64,000 nt of DNA from Salinispira sp. (GCA_965602015.1 OZ271918.1:2176001-2240000); one strand, 5' to 3'; numbered from the stretch's first letter, positions 1 to 9,409 are shown. Notes: generated by a model not told the origin, from the letters alone. A program made the numbers and translations.

Positions 1-865
1 TTTCAAAAGCGGGCTGGATTTCCACCTGTTTTTTGACACCGTAATGCTGGGCATCCTGGAGCGAACCCTGCAACAACACCGGTAAGGCCGAAGGCACCAG
101 CTGCTCGTCCACGGAAATCATTTTATGCCGGCTCTCCATGACGCTCCGTTGAAGAACGGCCAGAAGATCCTGCCTTACTTCGAGAAAACCCTTGAGTTCA
201 CGAACCTGTATAACCCCCATGGCGGCATTCATATCGGGGAGGTAAATATCCTTCGGATAGCCGTCGACCACTGAGGTGAGGGCTTTGCTGCCCTTCCGCT
301 TTGCCGAGGCGATAAAAACTCCTCCGCCTGTGGTGATTATGTTCTCCGGTTCGAGGTTCAGAATAAAGAAATCGCCGATGTACTCCGGCCGAGGGCTGTG
401 ATAGAGAATTCCGCTGATATCCTGAATGATCGGGGCCCCGAGTTCAGCCAAACGTTCGGTATCAGGAGCATATCCCAGGGGATGCTCAAGAATGACCGCC
501 GAGAGAGCCTGGGACTCATGGGCTGCAAAAAGCAGGTCCAGATTCATCACCGGAAGGGAAGAAGACGCATCGATAAACACCGGTGTCAGGCCGAGCTTCT
601 CCAGGACAAAGCGGTAGGTTTCGCTGCCCAGGGCGGATATGGCTACCCGGTCGCCGGGTTTACAGTCGAGGCTTTTGAGGAGGACTTCCATTCCGCGCAA
701 CTGCTCGCGCAATACAATTCCGGCGTCGGCGTCGCAGCGCTCCAAGAGCGAGTGGACAAGATCTTCCGAGTAATTGCCCGGACCGATCTGGTCGGACACA
801 AGGCAGGTGAGAACCGCATCCATGTCTTTGCGTTTTATCGAAGGCCGAAATACCGGAATTGCCAT
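1..865 (-). CDS. DegT/DnrJ/EryC1/StrS-like protein, probably catalytically degenerate (3' end outside window)
   Basis: Not in the ORF track because it runs off the window. Manual translation from ATG 865 gives MAIPVFRPSIKRKDMDAVLTCLVSDQIGPG..., with IQD and ENIITTGGG motifs. AGAGGT RBS at 871-876. Confidence 0.8.
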   Translation of the reverse strand, partial: MAIPVFRPSIKRKDMDAVLTCLVSDQIGPGNYSEDLVHSLLERCDADAGIVLREQLRGMEVLLKSLDCKPGDRVAISALGSETYRFVLEKLGLTPVFIDASSSLPVMNLDLLFAAHESQALSAVILEHPLGYAPDTERLAELGAPIIQDISGILYHSPRPEYIGDFFILNLEPENIITTGGGVFIASAKRKGSKALTSVVDGYPKDIYLPDMNAAMGVIQVRELKGFLEVRQDLLAVLQRSVMESRHKMISVDEQLVPSALPVLLQGSLQDAQHYGVKKQVEIQPAFE

Positions 866-931
866 AGCATACCTCTATAGGGAGTAGTAAAGCGCTGCAG
901 GATTATATACAGTGCCCGAAGAAAATACCAG

Positions 932-955
932 AAAAAGGCCGGCGCAGCGCCGGCC
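932..955 (-). terminator. Intrinsic terminator after cheW
   Basis: GGCCGGCGC/GCGCCGGCC inverted repeat followed by a U-run on the minus strand. Confidence 0.65.
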
Positions 956-992
956 CTTGTAGATTGAGTCAGGTTAGTACATCAATAGTCTC

Positions 993-1469
993 TTAGTAGA
1001 TTCCCATTTTCTCGAGAACCTGTAGTTCACGGACGTTGAATAGCCTGCGAATATCGAGAATTATCATATACCCGTCATCCCGGTTTACCACGCCTTGAAT
1101 ATACTCGGCTCCGATTCCGCTGAGCATTTGGGGCGGAGGCTGGATTTCATCAAGATCGATGGTGATAACCCTGCTGACCTTATCGATAATTACCGCTATC
1201 TGCATTTCGTCAATGCTGATGATTATAAAGCCGCTGAGCAGCTCGTCTTCCTCAGACATTTCCGGGCGGGAAAGATGAAAGCGCGTGTGAAGATTTATGA
1301 CGGGGATGATTTCCCCGCGGAGGTTAAAAATACCTTCGACATAGTTCGGAGAATTGGGGATTTCCCGTATTTCTTCAACTTGGACAATTGCCTCCACGTC
1401 CATTATGTCGATGCCGTACAACTCCTTGCCGAGCTGGAAGGTCACCAACTGAAGGCTGTTTTCTGCCAT
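993..1469 (-). CDS. cheW: Chemotaxis coupling protein CheW
   Basis: QLVTFQLGKELYGIDI, EGIFNLRGEIIPVINL and IILDIRRL motifs; 158 aa; GGAGGG RBS. Confidence 0.95.
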   Translation of the reverse strand: MAENSLQLVTFQLGKELYGIDIMDVEAIVQVEEIREIPNSPNYVEGIFNLRGEIIPVINLHTRFHLSRPEMSEEDELLSGFIIISIDEMQIAVIIDKVSRVITIDLDEIQPPPQMLSGIGAEYIQGVVNRDDGYMIILDIRRLFNVRELQVLEKMGIY

Positions 1470-1557
1470 ATATCCCTCCAGAAGTTATAGTATAAGAATA
1501 AGTCGTCCGCCGGATAATTTCAATGAGAAAAGGCTCCCCTTAAAGTCAGGAGAAAAA

Positions 1558-2388
1558 TCAGCGTTCGCCCAATATCACTTCAATTGTCCGCTTCTCCTGA
1601 CGGCGCTGAATCACTGCGGCTGAACGCTGTCCGGCTGCCAGGCTTCGAAGAATAAAAAACAGGTCCTTCGGTTCGGAGACCTCTTTCCCGTCAAAGCTGA
1701 TGAGAATGTCACCGGTTTCAAGTCCCGCCGTTGCTCCGGGGGAATCATCCTCTACCTCGGTAATAACAAGTCCCCGTCGCCCTTCCAGATCCGGCGCGGT
1801 TGTAATCCCGACATAGGCAGGCTTGGCAGTTCCATTCTTGCGAATTTCGCCAACCAGGCTCAGCAGCTGGTGTATTTCGATGGTCATTCCTGAACCCCGG
1901 GGCATGCTTGAATTCATTCCGAGAATTTTTCCCTCGGCATCGATTAAAAACCCTCCGCTCATGGACGCATTGATGGTTCCATCGACCTCAATTGAAGGCT
2001 GAAGAATACCTCCCATGGGAAGAGTTTTTTTACTCAGCATCTGTGCAATCAGGCCCTGATGAATCCGGGGCCCGTGGGCATCAAACCCCATGGAGTAACT
2101 GATGAGTCCGGGATGAATGTTTTCGATTACCTCCGCCGGAATAAAATCAGCCACATCCGGAACGTCAAGCACGACCAGATCATAGCGGTTATCCCAACCG
2201 ACAACCTGAGCCTTCATGATTGTACCTTCGGCATCGCATACCGTGATGTGATCGGGGAATTCCAAAGGGTGAGATACGCTGACCACCGTTCTTTTGTCCA
2301 CCGCGAATCCCGAAGCGCGCAAAACACCTCGTTCGCACACTCCAAAAACCTGTGAACGGTACTTCTCGAATATGTTGACTGGATTCAT
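1558..2388 (-). CDS. Trypsin-like serine protease with PDZ domain (HtrA/DegP-like), no signal peptide
   Basis: Triad context VSH / YDLVVL / MSGGFLIDAEGKILGMNS; C-terminal PDZ (SPGATAGLETGDILISFDG); start chosen at the ATG after a GGAGG RBS. Confidence 0.8.
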   Translation of the reverse strand: MNPVNIFEKYRSQVFGVCERGVLRASGFAVDKRTVVSVSHPLEFPDHITVCDAEGTIMKAQVVGWDNRYDLVVLDVPDVADFIPAEVIENIHPGLISYSMGFDAHGPRIHQGLIAQMLSKKTLPMGGILQPSIEVDGTINASMSGGFLIDAEGKILGMNSSMPRGSGMTIEIHQLLSLVGEIRKNGTAKPAYVGITTAPDLEGRRGLVITEVEDDSPGATAGLETGDILISFDGKEVSEPKDLFFILRSLAAGQRSAAVIQRRQEKRTIEVILGER

Positions 2389-2569
2389 CAAACCCTCCCA
2401 AAGCTCCGGATCTACGGTAAAAACACTCGCGCTCTCACCGGTAGACGGCATAGTACTGATTTTTGTGAAAGATTCCAATAGATGTTTGTCACTGACCTAT
2501 GATGCGTTTATCAGCCCCGGTGCTTCCGCTGCTCGTGCACATTACCCATCAAAGCCCGGCTTTATACAT

Positions 2570-2602
2570 AAAAAAAAGCTGCCGGAGAAAACCTCCGGCA
2601 GC
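2570..2602 (-). terminator. Intrinsic terminator ending the oxidoreductase-rhodanese-DedA operon
   Basis: 10-bp stem GCTGCCGGAG/CTCCGGCAGC plus U8 on the minus strand. Confidence 0.8.
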
Positions 2603-2652
2603 CGCATGCAAATATGACCAGCTATACGCTCCTTCACGAAGCAGCACAGCAT

Positions 2653-3402
2653 TTACCCCTCGGCGACAGGGACAACCTTATTCGCCTCATCGACGGGCAT
2701 AGCAGCAGGTTGCGTCTGGGTCTGCATCTTTTCATCGATAGCCTTTTTCGCTATTCGCGTGATAAAGACCGTCACGACCACGGTTGCCGCAAGTCCGACA
2801 ATGGTCATTACCAGTTGGCCGGTAGTCATGCCCTGATCACCGCCCCCGGCGGCGAGTCCAAGCAGGGTACCGATGTATACGTACATTATGGTGCCGGGCA
2901 GCATGCCGATCCAGGAAGCGAGCACATAGCCCACCGGTTTTACCGCGGTGATTCCGTAGAAATAATTCGAAAGACTAAAAGGAACCACCGGTGACAACCT
3001 CAGCAAACCGACTATTTTCCACCCTTCCCTGCCGATGACTTCGTCGATTGCTTCGAACTTCGGATTCTTGCCAACCGCCGAGGCGACCGCGCCCCTGGCG
3101 AGGTAGCGGCCGACGAAAAAAGCCAGGGTCGCGCCGATTGTGCTCCCGAGGGAAACATATACCGTTCCCATGCCGAGGCCGAAAATTGCACCGGCGGCAA
3201 GGGTTGGAATGGTCCCGGGGATGAGCAGCACGGTGCAGGCGGCATAGAGGGCAATAAAGGCGAATATGCCGATGAGACCGAGTCCTTCTATCCACTGCAT
3301 TGCCATGCTCAAGTATGCGGGCACATCGAAGACGATTCCCAGGGTAATGAGGACAGCGACGAGCACCAGGGCAATTATGGCTTTTATTGTCTTTGCGTTC
3401 AC
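2653..3402 (-). CDS. TVP38/TMEM64 (DedA superfamily, YdjX/YdjZ-like) membrane protein
   Basis: LAAGAIFG, GSTIGATLAFFVGRY, LLRLSPVVPFSLSNY and SWIGMLPGT motifs. Confidence 0.9.
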   Translation of the reverse strand: MNAKTIKAIIALVLVAVLITLGIVFDVPAYLSMAMQWIEGLGLIGIFAFIALYAACTVLLIPGTIPTLAAGAIFGLGMGTVYVSLGSTIGATLAFFVGRYLARGAVASAVGKNPKFEAIDEVIGREGWKIVGLLRLSPVVPFSLSNYFYGITAVKPVGYVLASWIGMLPGTIMYVYIGTLLGLAAGGGDQGMTTGQLVMTIVGLAATVVVTVFITRIAKKAIDEKMQTQTQPAAMPVDEANKVVPVAEG

Positions 3403-3411
3403 AAATAGCTC

Positions 3412-4413
3412 CTAATTGCTGGAAACCCGCTGAACGTTTTCCGGTACGCCGGTCTCGATTGCCAGGTTTTCATGGTATGACCACTCGATCCATGAGCCGT
3501 CGTAGTTCATTACGCTGTCGAATCCGAGCAGCTGGGAGAGTACGAAGGTTGTGTGGGCCGATCGGACGCCGCTCTGACAATATGCGATGATGGTTTTATC
3601 CGGGGTGACTCCGACTGCAGCGAACCGCTCGCGAAGAGAAGCTATGTCTAAGAAGCACATGTTCTCACCGAGGGTCTCCTTCCACTCGAGCCACACAGCG
3701 CTCGGTATACGTCCTTTTCGGAATGCGCCGTTCTTCAAATCTTCGCCGGTCATTTCACCGAAGGTACGGGTGTCCAGAATAACGACGTTGGGATCATCCA
3801 CCGCTGCGATCACATCTTCGAGGGTTGCGATCCGATGCGAGTTGGGCTGGCCGGTGAAGCGGAACTCAACGGGGGTGACTGTGGGAACCTCAACGGTGGT
3901 TTCAAAACCTGCGGCCTCCCATGCCACGATACCGCCGTCGATGAGCTTAATATTTCGGAAACCATTCATATCGAGCTGCCACCACATCCGGGCAGCGTCG
4001 TAATCGCCCTTGGCGTCGTACGCAAAAATAGTCGTATTCGGTCCAACGCCCAAATTTCCGAGCAGGGCCTCCAGTTGTTCACGGCTTCCCCGCATTCCCC
4101 CGAAGGGATACACGTCTGATTCTGCGCTGTAATCACCGCGAAAAATATTCTGGGCGCCGGGGATATGACCGAGGGCGTAATCCGCAGCTTTGCGGATATC
4201 CAGAATAACAATATCGTCCATAGCGGCGATCATGGTCCGGGCAGTCTGTACGCTGAGAATGTTACCGCTGTCGACATACGAATCGATTCGGATCTCCGCC
4301 ATATCCATATCTTCCTGGGAGATCACGATCTCCTGGGATGAAAACACGGTGAAGCCAAGGGTAGTCAAAAGCGCGACCACCAGTACGGAAAGAATAGCAA
4401 CTGCTTTCTTCAT
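3412..4413 (-). CDS. Tandem-domain sulfurtransferase (rhodanese) with N-terminal signal or anchor
   Basis: GHIPGA, AARMWW, GRIPSA, active loop YCQSGVRS, YDGSWIEW; hydrophobic N-terminus. Confidence 0.92.
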   Translation of the reverse strand: MKKAVAILSVLVVALLTTLGFTVFSSQEIVISQEDMDMAEIRIDSYVDSGNILSVQTARTMIAAMDDIVILDIRKAADYALGHIPGAQNIFRGDYSAESDVYPFGGMRGSREQLEALLGNLGVGPNTTIFAYDAKGDYDAARMWWQLDMNGFRNIKLIDGGIVAWEAAGFETTVEVPTVTPVEFRFTGQPNSHRIATLEDVIAAVDDPNVVILDTRTFGEMTGEDLKNGAFRKGRIPSAVWLEWKETLGENMCFLDIASLRERFAAVGVTPDKTIIAYCQSGVRSAHTTFVLSQLLGFDSVMNYDGSWIEWSYHENLAIETGVPENVQRVSSN

Positions 4414-4492
4414 TATTATGCTCCTTTGCCCCGGTCGGGGGCCGGTAAACCCGGGTAACCCGGGCGGTTTCTGGTTTTTCCATCCTCCGGAA

Positions 4493-7075
4493 TCAGAGTT
4501 CCGGAGTTTTGGTTCGCTTATGCTGCCGGCTATGGGCCTTGCCTGCGTGGTTCAGGGCCTGTTTTGCCTTGTATCGATTCATCCACGGTCCTACGGGTCC
4601 ATTAGGGGTTCCCACGAAATCTCCGCTGCCAGTTTTTACCGGCTCGAAGACTAAATCGAGGATGTGGGCCGATTGCTTTCCACCCTTTACCATGGATTCC
4701 CTGCACGCTGCACAGTAGGTGACCATTGAATCACTTTGCACTTCCGCCGTTCGTCGGGACATAACCCGCCCTGCGAGTTCGGGATTTGCGGGAACAACCA
4801 TGCCGCCGAAACCGCAGCAACGCGTGGTTTCCCGGGTGTGCGGCGGTTCCTCGGTCTGGTATCCCAGTTCGTCGAGGATCCAGCGGATTCCGTCATGAAT
4901 CTCTGTTTTGTCTCTGGTCGAGCAGCTATCATGGATGGCAAAGGTCAAGGGGCTTTCGCCTCCCTTACCGACAGTTCCCTCGGGCATGCCGATCTCAGGC
5001 ATAATTTCCCACAGGGACTTGACCGTCTGATTCGGGCTGTATTGACTCATGGTAAGGAAACAGCTCTGGCAGGCTACGATTATTTCATCAGCGCCGAGCT
5101 TGTCGATCTCCGCCTGGAGTTCCGCATAACGCTCCTTGAATTGGGAAGCCTGACCGAGAGCCTTCGTGGGCTTGCCGCAGCATTTGAGTATTGCGCCGGT
5201 GTTGCCAAGGCGGTCCTGGAGATGGGAGAATATTTTTCCCACGGCCTGAGGATTGTGACTTGGCAGGGAACAGCCGGGAATAAATACCCGCTTGGTCACG
5301 CCTTCTGGAGCGGCCACGGTTGTATTAAACGCCTTTGAGAAGCCCAGGGCTTGGTGCATGTCGATAACGCCGTGGCCCTTCATGGGACTCTTACCCCTGT
5401 TATTGCTGACCATCTCCACGCGCATGCCGCCGAAAATGCCCTGCATATCAAATTCCTGGGGACAGGAGATGGTGCACTGCTTGCACATGTTACAGCTATA
5501 GGGGATCAACGGATCCACATCATCCTGAGCCTGCAGCATGTCTTCGAACAGCTCTTTGGGACACTCGGTAAAATCCGAAAGCATTTCGCACTCTTTTACG
5601 CATTTGAGGCATTCACATGACAAACATCCGCCTGCTTCGATTCTGGCCTGTTCTTCGGTAAGTCCCATGTCGTACTGTTCGAAATTACTAACCCTCAGCT
5701 CGGGACTGAGCTTTTTCGTTTCCGCCCGGGCCCGCTTGGTCGCATCAAGGGGAACTTCGGTTTTTAATCCGCTTTCATAGGCCCGTTCCCGGTGATCCCG
5801 GCCGGAGCGCAGATTGTTGCCATCGAACATGCGAATGAGGGTTTCGGCTGCCTTTCTGCCTTCCGCCATGGCCTCGACCGCGATGACCGAGTGTCCCGAC
5901 GCATCGCCGGCAACGAGGACTCGTGGGTCCTTAGTCTGAAGAGTGAGGTCATCAACCGCAAAACGGCCGCCCCGACCGCTCTTCAAATCAGGGGCAATCT
6001 GGGATTGGGTCGACTGACCAACCGCAAAAATCACCGAATCAGTTTTGATTTCTATGACGTTTCGCTCGTCGTATTGGGGATTAAAGGCGCCGTTGTCGTC
6101 AAAGACCCTGGTGCAGCGCTGAAAGCTGATCGAGTTCACCCGCTCATCACCGTCGATGGCAATCGCAGAGCGGCCGTATACTATGTGCACGCCCTCCTCT
6201 GCAGCTTCGATGAGTTCCCAATCATGGGCAGGAGCGCTTTCCATGTCGGACTCCAGCATTACCAGGTGAACTTCAGCTCCCAGACGCCGAGCGCTCCGTG
6301 CTGCGTCCACCGCAACATTCCCCCCCCCGATTACTGTAGTGACCATTCCGAGGTCATCAAAAGACTCATTAATGCTAACAGTTCTCAGGAATTCAACAGC
6401 ATCGGTGACTCCGGGGAGTTCATGACCGGGAACCGGTATTATGACTCCCTGGTGAGCGCCAATGGCAATGATGGTCGCATCGAAGTCAGACCGCAACTTT
6501 TCAAATGGAATATCGTTACCGATATCGACGCCGAGCTTAAACTCCACTCCCAGCTTTTCGAGAATGGAATATTCAAAATCGATAATGTGACGTGGCAAGC
6601 GATAGGCCGGGATACCCACCCTCATCATTCCACCGAACCGGTCCAGCCGGTCGAATACCGTAACGGAAAACCCTTCCCGGGCTAAATCAAATGCCGCTTG
6701 TGCTCCCGCCGGGCCTGCGCCGATGATCGCAATGCTTTCTGGGCGCTTTGCCCGCCGGGAGAGGTCCCATGCGTCAGCCGTATCATAATTATCTGCGACG
6801 AAGCGTTTCAGGTTCGCGATTGACATGGCAGTGCCTATATCATTGCGCTTGCAGGCGGCTTCACAGGGATGAGCACATATCCGTCCCAAAGTTGCAGGGA
6901 GAAAGAGCTTCTCTCTGATAAGCTCGATCGCCTCATCAAAACGGCCCTCACCGATCAGATTGACGTAGCCTTTTATATCCGTATGCATCGGACAAGCAGC
7001 ACTACAATAAGCAGGCTCATGGCCGAGGCAGTTATCGACGATTTCACGCATTTTTGTATTCAGGGTTTGATTCAT
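4493..7075 (-). CDS. FAD/NAD(P)-dependent oxidoreductase (GltD-like) fused to a ferredoxin domain and two CCG domains
   Basis: CSAACP / GRICAHPCEAAC Fe-S motifs, GAGPAG and GGGNVA Rossmann motifs, CLSCECLKC, CNMCKQCTISCP, KCCG and RCCGFGG; AGGAG RBS at 7081-7085. Confidence 0.88.
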   Translation of the reverse strand: MNQTLNTKMREIVDNCLGHEPAYCSAACPMHTDIKGYVNLIGEGRFDEAIELIREKLFLPATLGRICAHPCEAACKRNDIGTAMSIANLKRFVADNYDTADAWDLSRRAKRPESIAIIGAGPAGAQAAFDLAREGFSVTVFDRLDRFGGMMRVGIPAYRLPRHIIDFEYSILEKLGVEFKLGVDIGNDIPFEKLRSDFDATIIAIGAHQGVIIPVPGHELPGVTDAVEFLRTVSINESFDDLGMVTTVIGGGNVAVDAARSARRLGAEVHLVMLESDMESAPAHDWELIEAAEEGVHIVYGRSAIAIDGDERVNSISFQRCTRVFDDNGAFNPQYDERNVIEIKTDSVIFAVGQSTQSQIAPDLKSGRGGRFAVDDLTLQTKDPRVLVAGDASGHSVIAVEAMAEGRKAAETLIRMFDGNNLRSGRDHRERAYESGLKTEVPLDATKRARAETKKLSPELRVSNFEQYDMGLTEEQARIEAGGCLSCECLKCVKECEMLSDFTECPKELFEDMLQAQDDVDPLIPYSCNMCKQCTISCPQEFDMQGIFGGMRVEMVSNNRGKSPMKGHGVIDMHQALGFSKAFNTTVAAPEGVTKRVFIPGCSLPSHNPQAVGKIFSHLQDRLGNTGAILKCCGKPTKALGQASQFKERYAELQAEIDKLGADEIIVACQSCFLTMSQYSPNQTVKSLWEIMPEIGMPEGTVGKGGESPLTFAIHDSCSTRDKTEIHDGIRWILDELGYQTEEPPHTRETTRCCGFGGMVVPANPELAGRVMSRRTAEVQSDSMVTYCAACRESMVKGGKQSAHILDLVFEPVKTGSGDFVGTPNGPVGPWMNRYKAKQALNHAGKAHSRQHKRTKTPEL

Positions 7076-7087
7076 ACCAACTCCTAT

Positions 7088-7170
7088 ATGTGAATAAATC
7101 AACAATATAAAACTGATTGCCGTTTTTATGTGACTATGTTCACATTATATTCGAAAGGTGGGTATGTCAA
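7088..7170 (-). promoter_or_regulatory. Sigma70-type promoter with two Rex/CRP-like palindromes
   Basis: TTGACA (7170-7165), 17 nt, TAATGT. Boxes ATGTGACTATGTTCACAT (7128-7145) and ATGTGAATAAATCAACAA (7088-7105). Confidence 0.6.
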
Positions 7171-7259
7171 GAAATTAATATCGATAATTTAATATTTATT
7201 TTATTATATGTTTTTGGATGAAATCTGCCATGCGATGGGCATTTTGGACGTGACCTTAA

Positions 7260-7829
7260 TTAGTTGTGCTCTTCAGGAATAATGTGATTCAACCAGTTAC
7301 GTTGATCGACACCGGTATCCGGAGGCAGCAAATCATCCATGAGAAGCATGACCCATCCATGGAGGGAAGCGAATAGAGAAAGCACATGAGGAAGGGGGTC
7401 CTTGGCTTCGGGGTGAAGCTGACGTACCAGACGGACCATTACGGAGAACGCCCTTTGGGCGTTAATTCGGCATCGTTCGGAATGCAGGCTGTTTCCCAGT
7501 TTGGAAAACATTAGCCGATACCTTTCTGGTCTGTTCAATGCGAAATCACCAAAAATGCGGTAGATTTCTTTTATCTTATCGTCGCCGGTCAATCCCGACA
7601 TGCGCTTTTCTTCATTTTCAAGATAATCGGCAAAAAGGCTGTAGCCCTCCGCAGCCAGGGCGACGAGCAAATCGCGTTTTGATGCAAAATGGCGATACGG
7701 AGCCGCCTTTGATACCCCAAGCGATTCCGCAAGGCTTCGCAGACTTAACTCCTCCAGCCCCACCTCTTCAAGGGATTCCATTGCCGCATCAATGAGCGAC
7801 TGTCTTAAATTACCGTGGTGATATGACAT
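7260..7829 (-). CDS. TetR/AcrR family regulator (WHG-type C-terminus)
   Basis: MSYHHGNLRQSLIDAA, LSLRSLAESLGVSKAAPYRHF, FASLHG. Confidence 0.92.
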   Translation of the reverse strand: MSYHHGNLRQSLIDAAMESLEEVGLEELSLRSLAESLGVSKAAPYRHFASKRDLLVALAAEGYSLFADYLENEEKRMSGLTGDDKIKEIYRIFGDFALNRPERYRLMFSKLGNSLHSERCRINAQRAFSVMVRLVRQLHPEAKDPLPHVLSLFASLHGWVMLLMDDLLPPDTGVDQRNWLNHIIPEEHN

Positions 7830-7871
7830 CGCCACAGGATATCGCCCAGCGATGAAAATAACAAGGATATT

Positions 7872-7942
7872 TGTAAACATCGCCAACAATGTTGACATCG
7901 CCAACTTTGCCGGGTATAGTGTCAATGTTGGCAACGCCAACA
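7872..7942 (+). promoter_or_regulatory. Sigma70 promoter with three TetR-type operator palindromes
   Basis: TTGACA (7892-7897), 17 nt, TATAGT (7915-7920). Repeats TGTAAACATCGCCAACA, TGTTGACATCGCCAACT and TGTTGGCAACGCCAACA. Confidence 0.8.
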
Positions 7943-7966
7943 AATACCTATTTTTGGGAGACGGTT

Positions 7967-8971
7967 ATGATAGATACAGTCATATTCGGGACAGGTCCGG
8001 TTGGGCTCCATACGGCAAAGCATTTTCTCGCGCAGAGGGAGGGTGAGACTCTCCGTCTGGTAAACCGGAGCGGAACACTACATGATGAACGTACGTCTCT
8101 CTTCTCGAAAGATGAACGTGCCAGAATTGAACTGGCCAAGGCAGACGCCACAGATCTCCGCCAAACGGCAGCAGCAGCCAAAGGCGCCCAGTACATTTTT
8201 CATTGCATCAATCCATTGTATCACCAATGGAGCCAAATACTCCCGAAAGTACAGGAGAATCTCATCCATGCCGCAGTAGAGAATAATGCCGTCCTGTCTG
8301 TCAGCGAGAATCTATATATGTACTCCAGAAATTCTATTCCTATAGATGAGAAAACCCCGTTAAACCCTCCCAGCAAAAAAGGACAAATCAGATTGGTGCT
8401 GCATAATCAACTCGTCTCAGCAGGAAAAAACCAGGGGCTTACATGGGTAAGCATCCGGGCCTCGGACTTTTACGGTCCGGGAGCAACCGATCAATCGGTG
8501 TTCGGAACAAAGTATTTTCTCGACCCTCTCTATTCCGGGCGGAAAATCATGCAAATGGGCAATCCTGACAAACTTCACAGCTATACCTACGTCGGGGATT
8601 TCGGGCGGGCATTGGCATATGCAGCTCAAAACGAAGCAATGCACGGCAAACCATGGATCGTTGCGAACAACGAAACAACCAGCACCTCCCAATTGTCGGA
8701 CAGGTTTATGTTAATTTCCGGTAAGACAACAACACGCGGAAGGCTTTCCCGAGCCGTGATACGATTTGCCGGCATAGTTAATCCGGTAATTCGAGAAATC
8801 CCGGAAATGCTCTATCAGAAAGAAAATGATTATGTTGTTTCCGGCGCTATGTTCGAGAAGCACAGCGGACTACAACCAACGCCGATAGAAGAGGGAATCA
8901 GACAAACAATTGCCTGGTATGAAAATGTACGCGGGATAAACAGGAAAGCAAAAGCTGATTTCACAGAATAG
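7967..8971 (+). CDS. NAD-dependent epimerase/dehydratase (atypical SDR)
   Basis: VIFGTGPVG, VNRSG, ENLYMY, PSKKGQIR, RASDFYGPG, HSYTYVGDFG; GGGAG RBS. Confidence 0.85.
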   Translation: MIDTVIFGTGPVGLHTAKHFLAQREGETLRLVNRSGTLHDERTSLFSKDERARIELAKADATDLRQTAAAAKGAQYIFHCINPLYHQWSQILPKVQENLIHAAVENNAVLSVSENLYMYSRNSIPIDEKTPLNPPSKKGQIRLVLHNQLVSAGKNQGLTWVSIRASDFYGPGATDQSVFGTKYFLDPLYSGRKIMQMGNPDKLHSYTYVGDFGRALAYAAQNEAMHGKPWIVANNETTSTSQLSDRFMLISGKTTTRGRLSRAVIRFAGIVNPVIREIPEMLYQKENDYVVSGAMFEKHSGLQPTPIEEGIRQTIAWYENVRGINRKAKADFTE

Positions 8972-9030
8972 TCAATAATAGGATCCACATCGAGCAGTTA
9001 TAATAATCCGAATGGATACATAGCCAATGA

Positions 9031-9338
9031 GCACGGTCGTCGCCCTGGTCGCTGGCTGCGCAAGCTGCCCGGGCAAGCGGCCAGCCAGGGACCTCTATAT
9101 TCAAAACCCACGCGCCTAGGACGGTCGGTTTTAAATGAAAAAAGCCTTCTCCCGGCCTTCTGCGAAGCCCGCTCGATTCCGCACAATACTGCGCATTGTG
9201 CTCGAGGCAAGCCAGGCTTTTTTTATGCCCACCGTGTGGGCATAAAAAAAGCCTGGCGACTCACTCGGGTGAGCCTTCGCTCACCCTCGTCGACGTGGTG
9301 TCGTTCGCTATGCTCCCGAACCACTTGCACGGTCGTCG
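9031..9338. repeat. Distal copy of a structured tandem repeat downstream of 5S rRNA
   Basis: Blocks GCACGGTCGTCGCC, CAGGGACCTCTATATT..AAAAAAGCCTTCT and the 22-bp perfect inverted repeat at 9211-9257 recur at 9327-9338 and 11692-11870. Confidence 0.85.
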
Positions 9339-9409
9339 GTAAGCGTCAATTTACCAGGCCCTGCACAGCCTGAGCCTGAAATGAAATAATTCTTCCACCT
9401 GGAGGAATT

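Noticed and set aside
398..880. 160-aa plus-strand ORF
   Set aside because: Antisense to the DegT-like gene, which has family motifs and an RBS.
3412..7075. Selenocysteine recoding in the rhodanese or oxidoreductase
   Set aside because: The ORFs are uninterrupted, with Cys at the active motifs.
7172..7198. AT-rich quasi-palindrome around ATCGAT upstream of the oxidoreductase -35
   Set aside because: Could be an UP element or chance symmetry in AT-rich DNA; cannot be assigned to a regulator.
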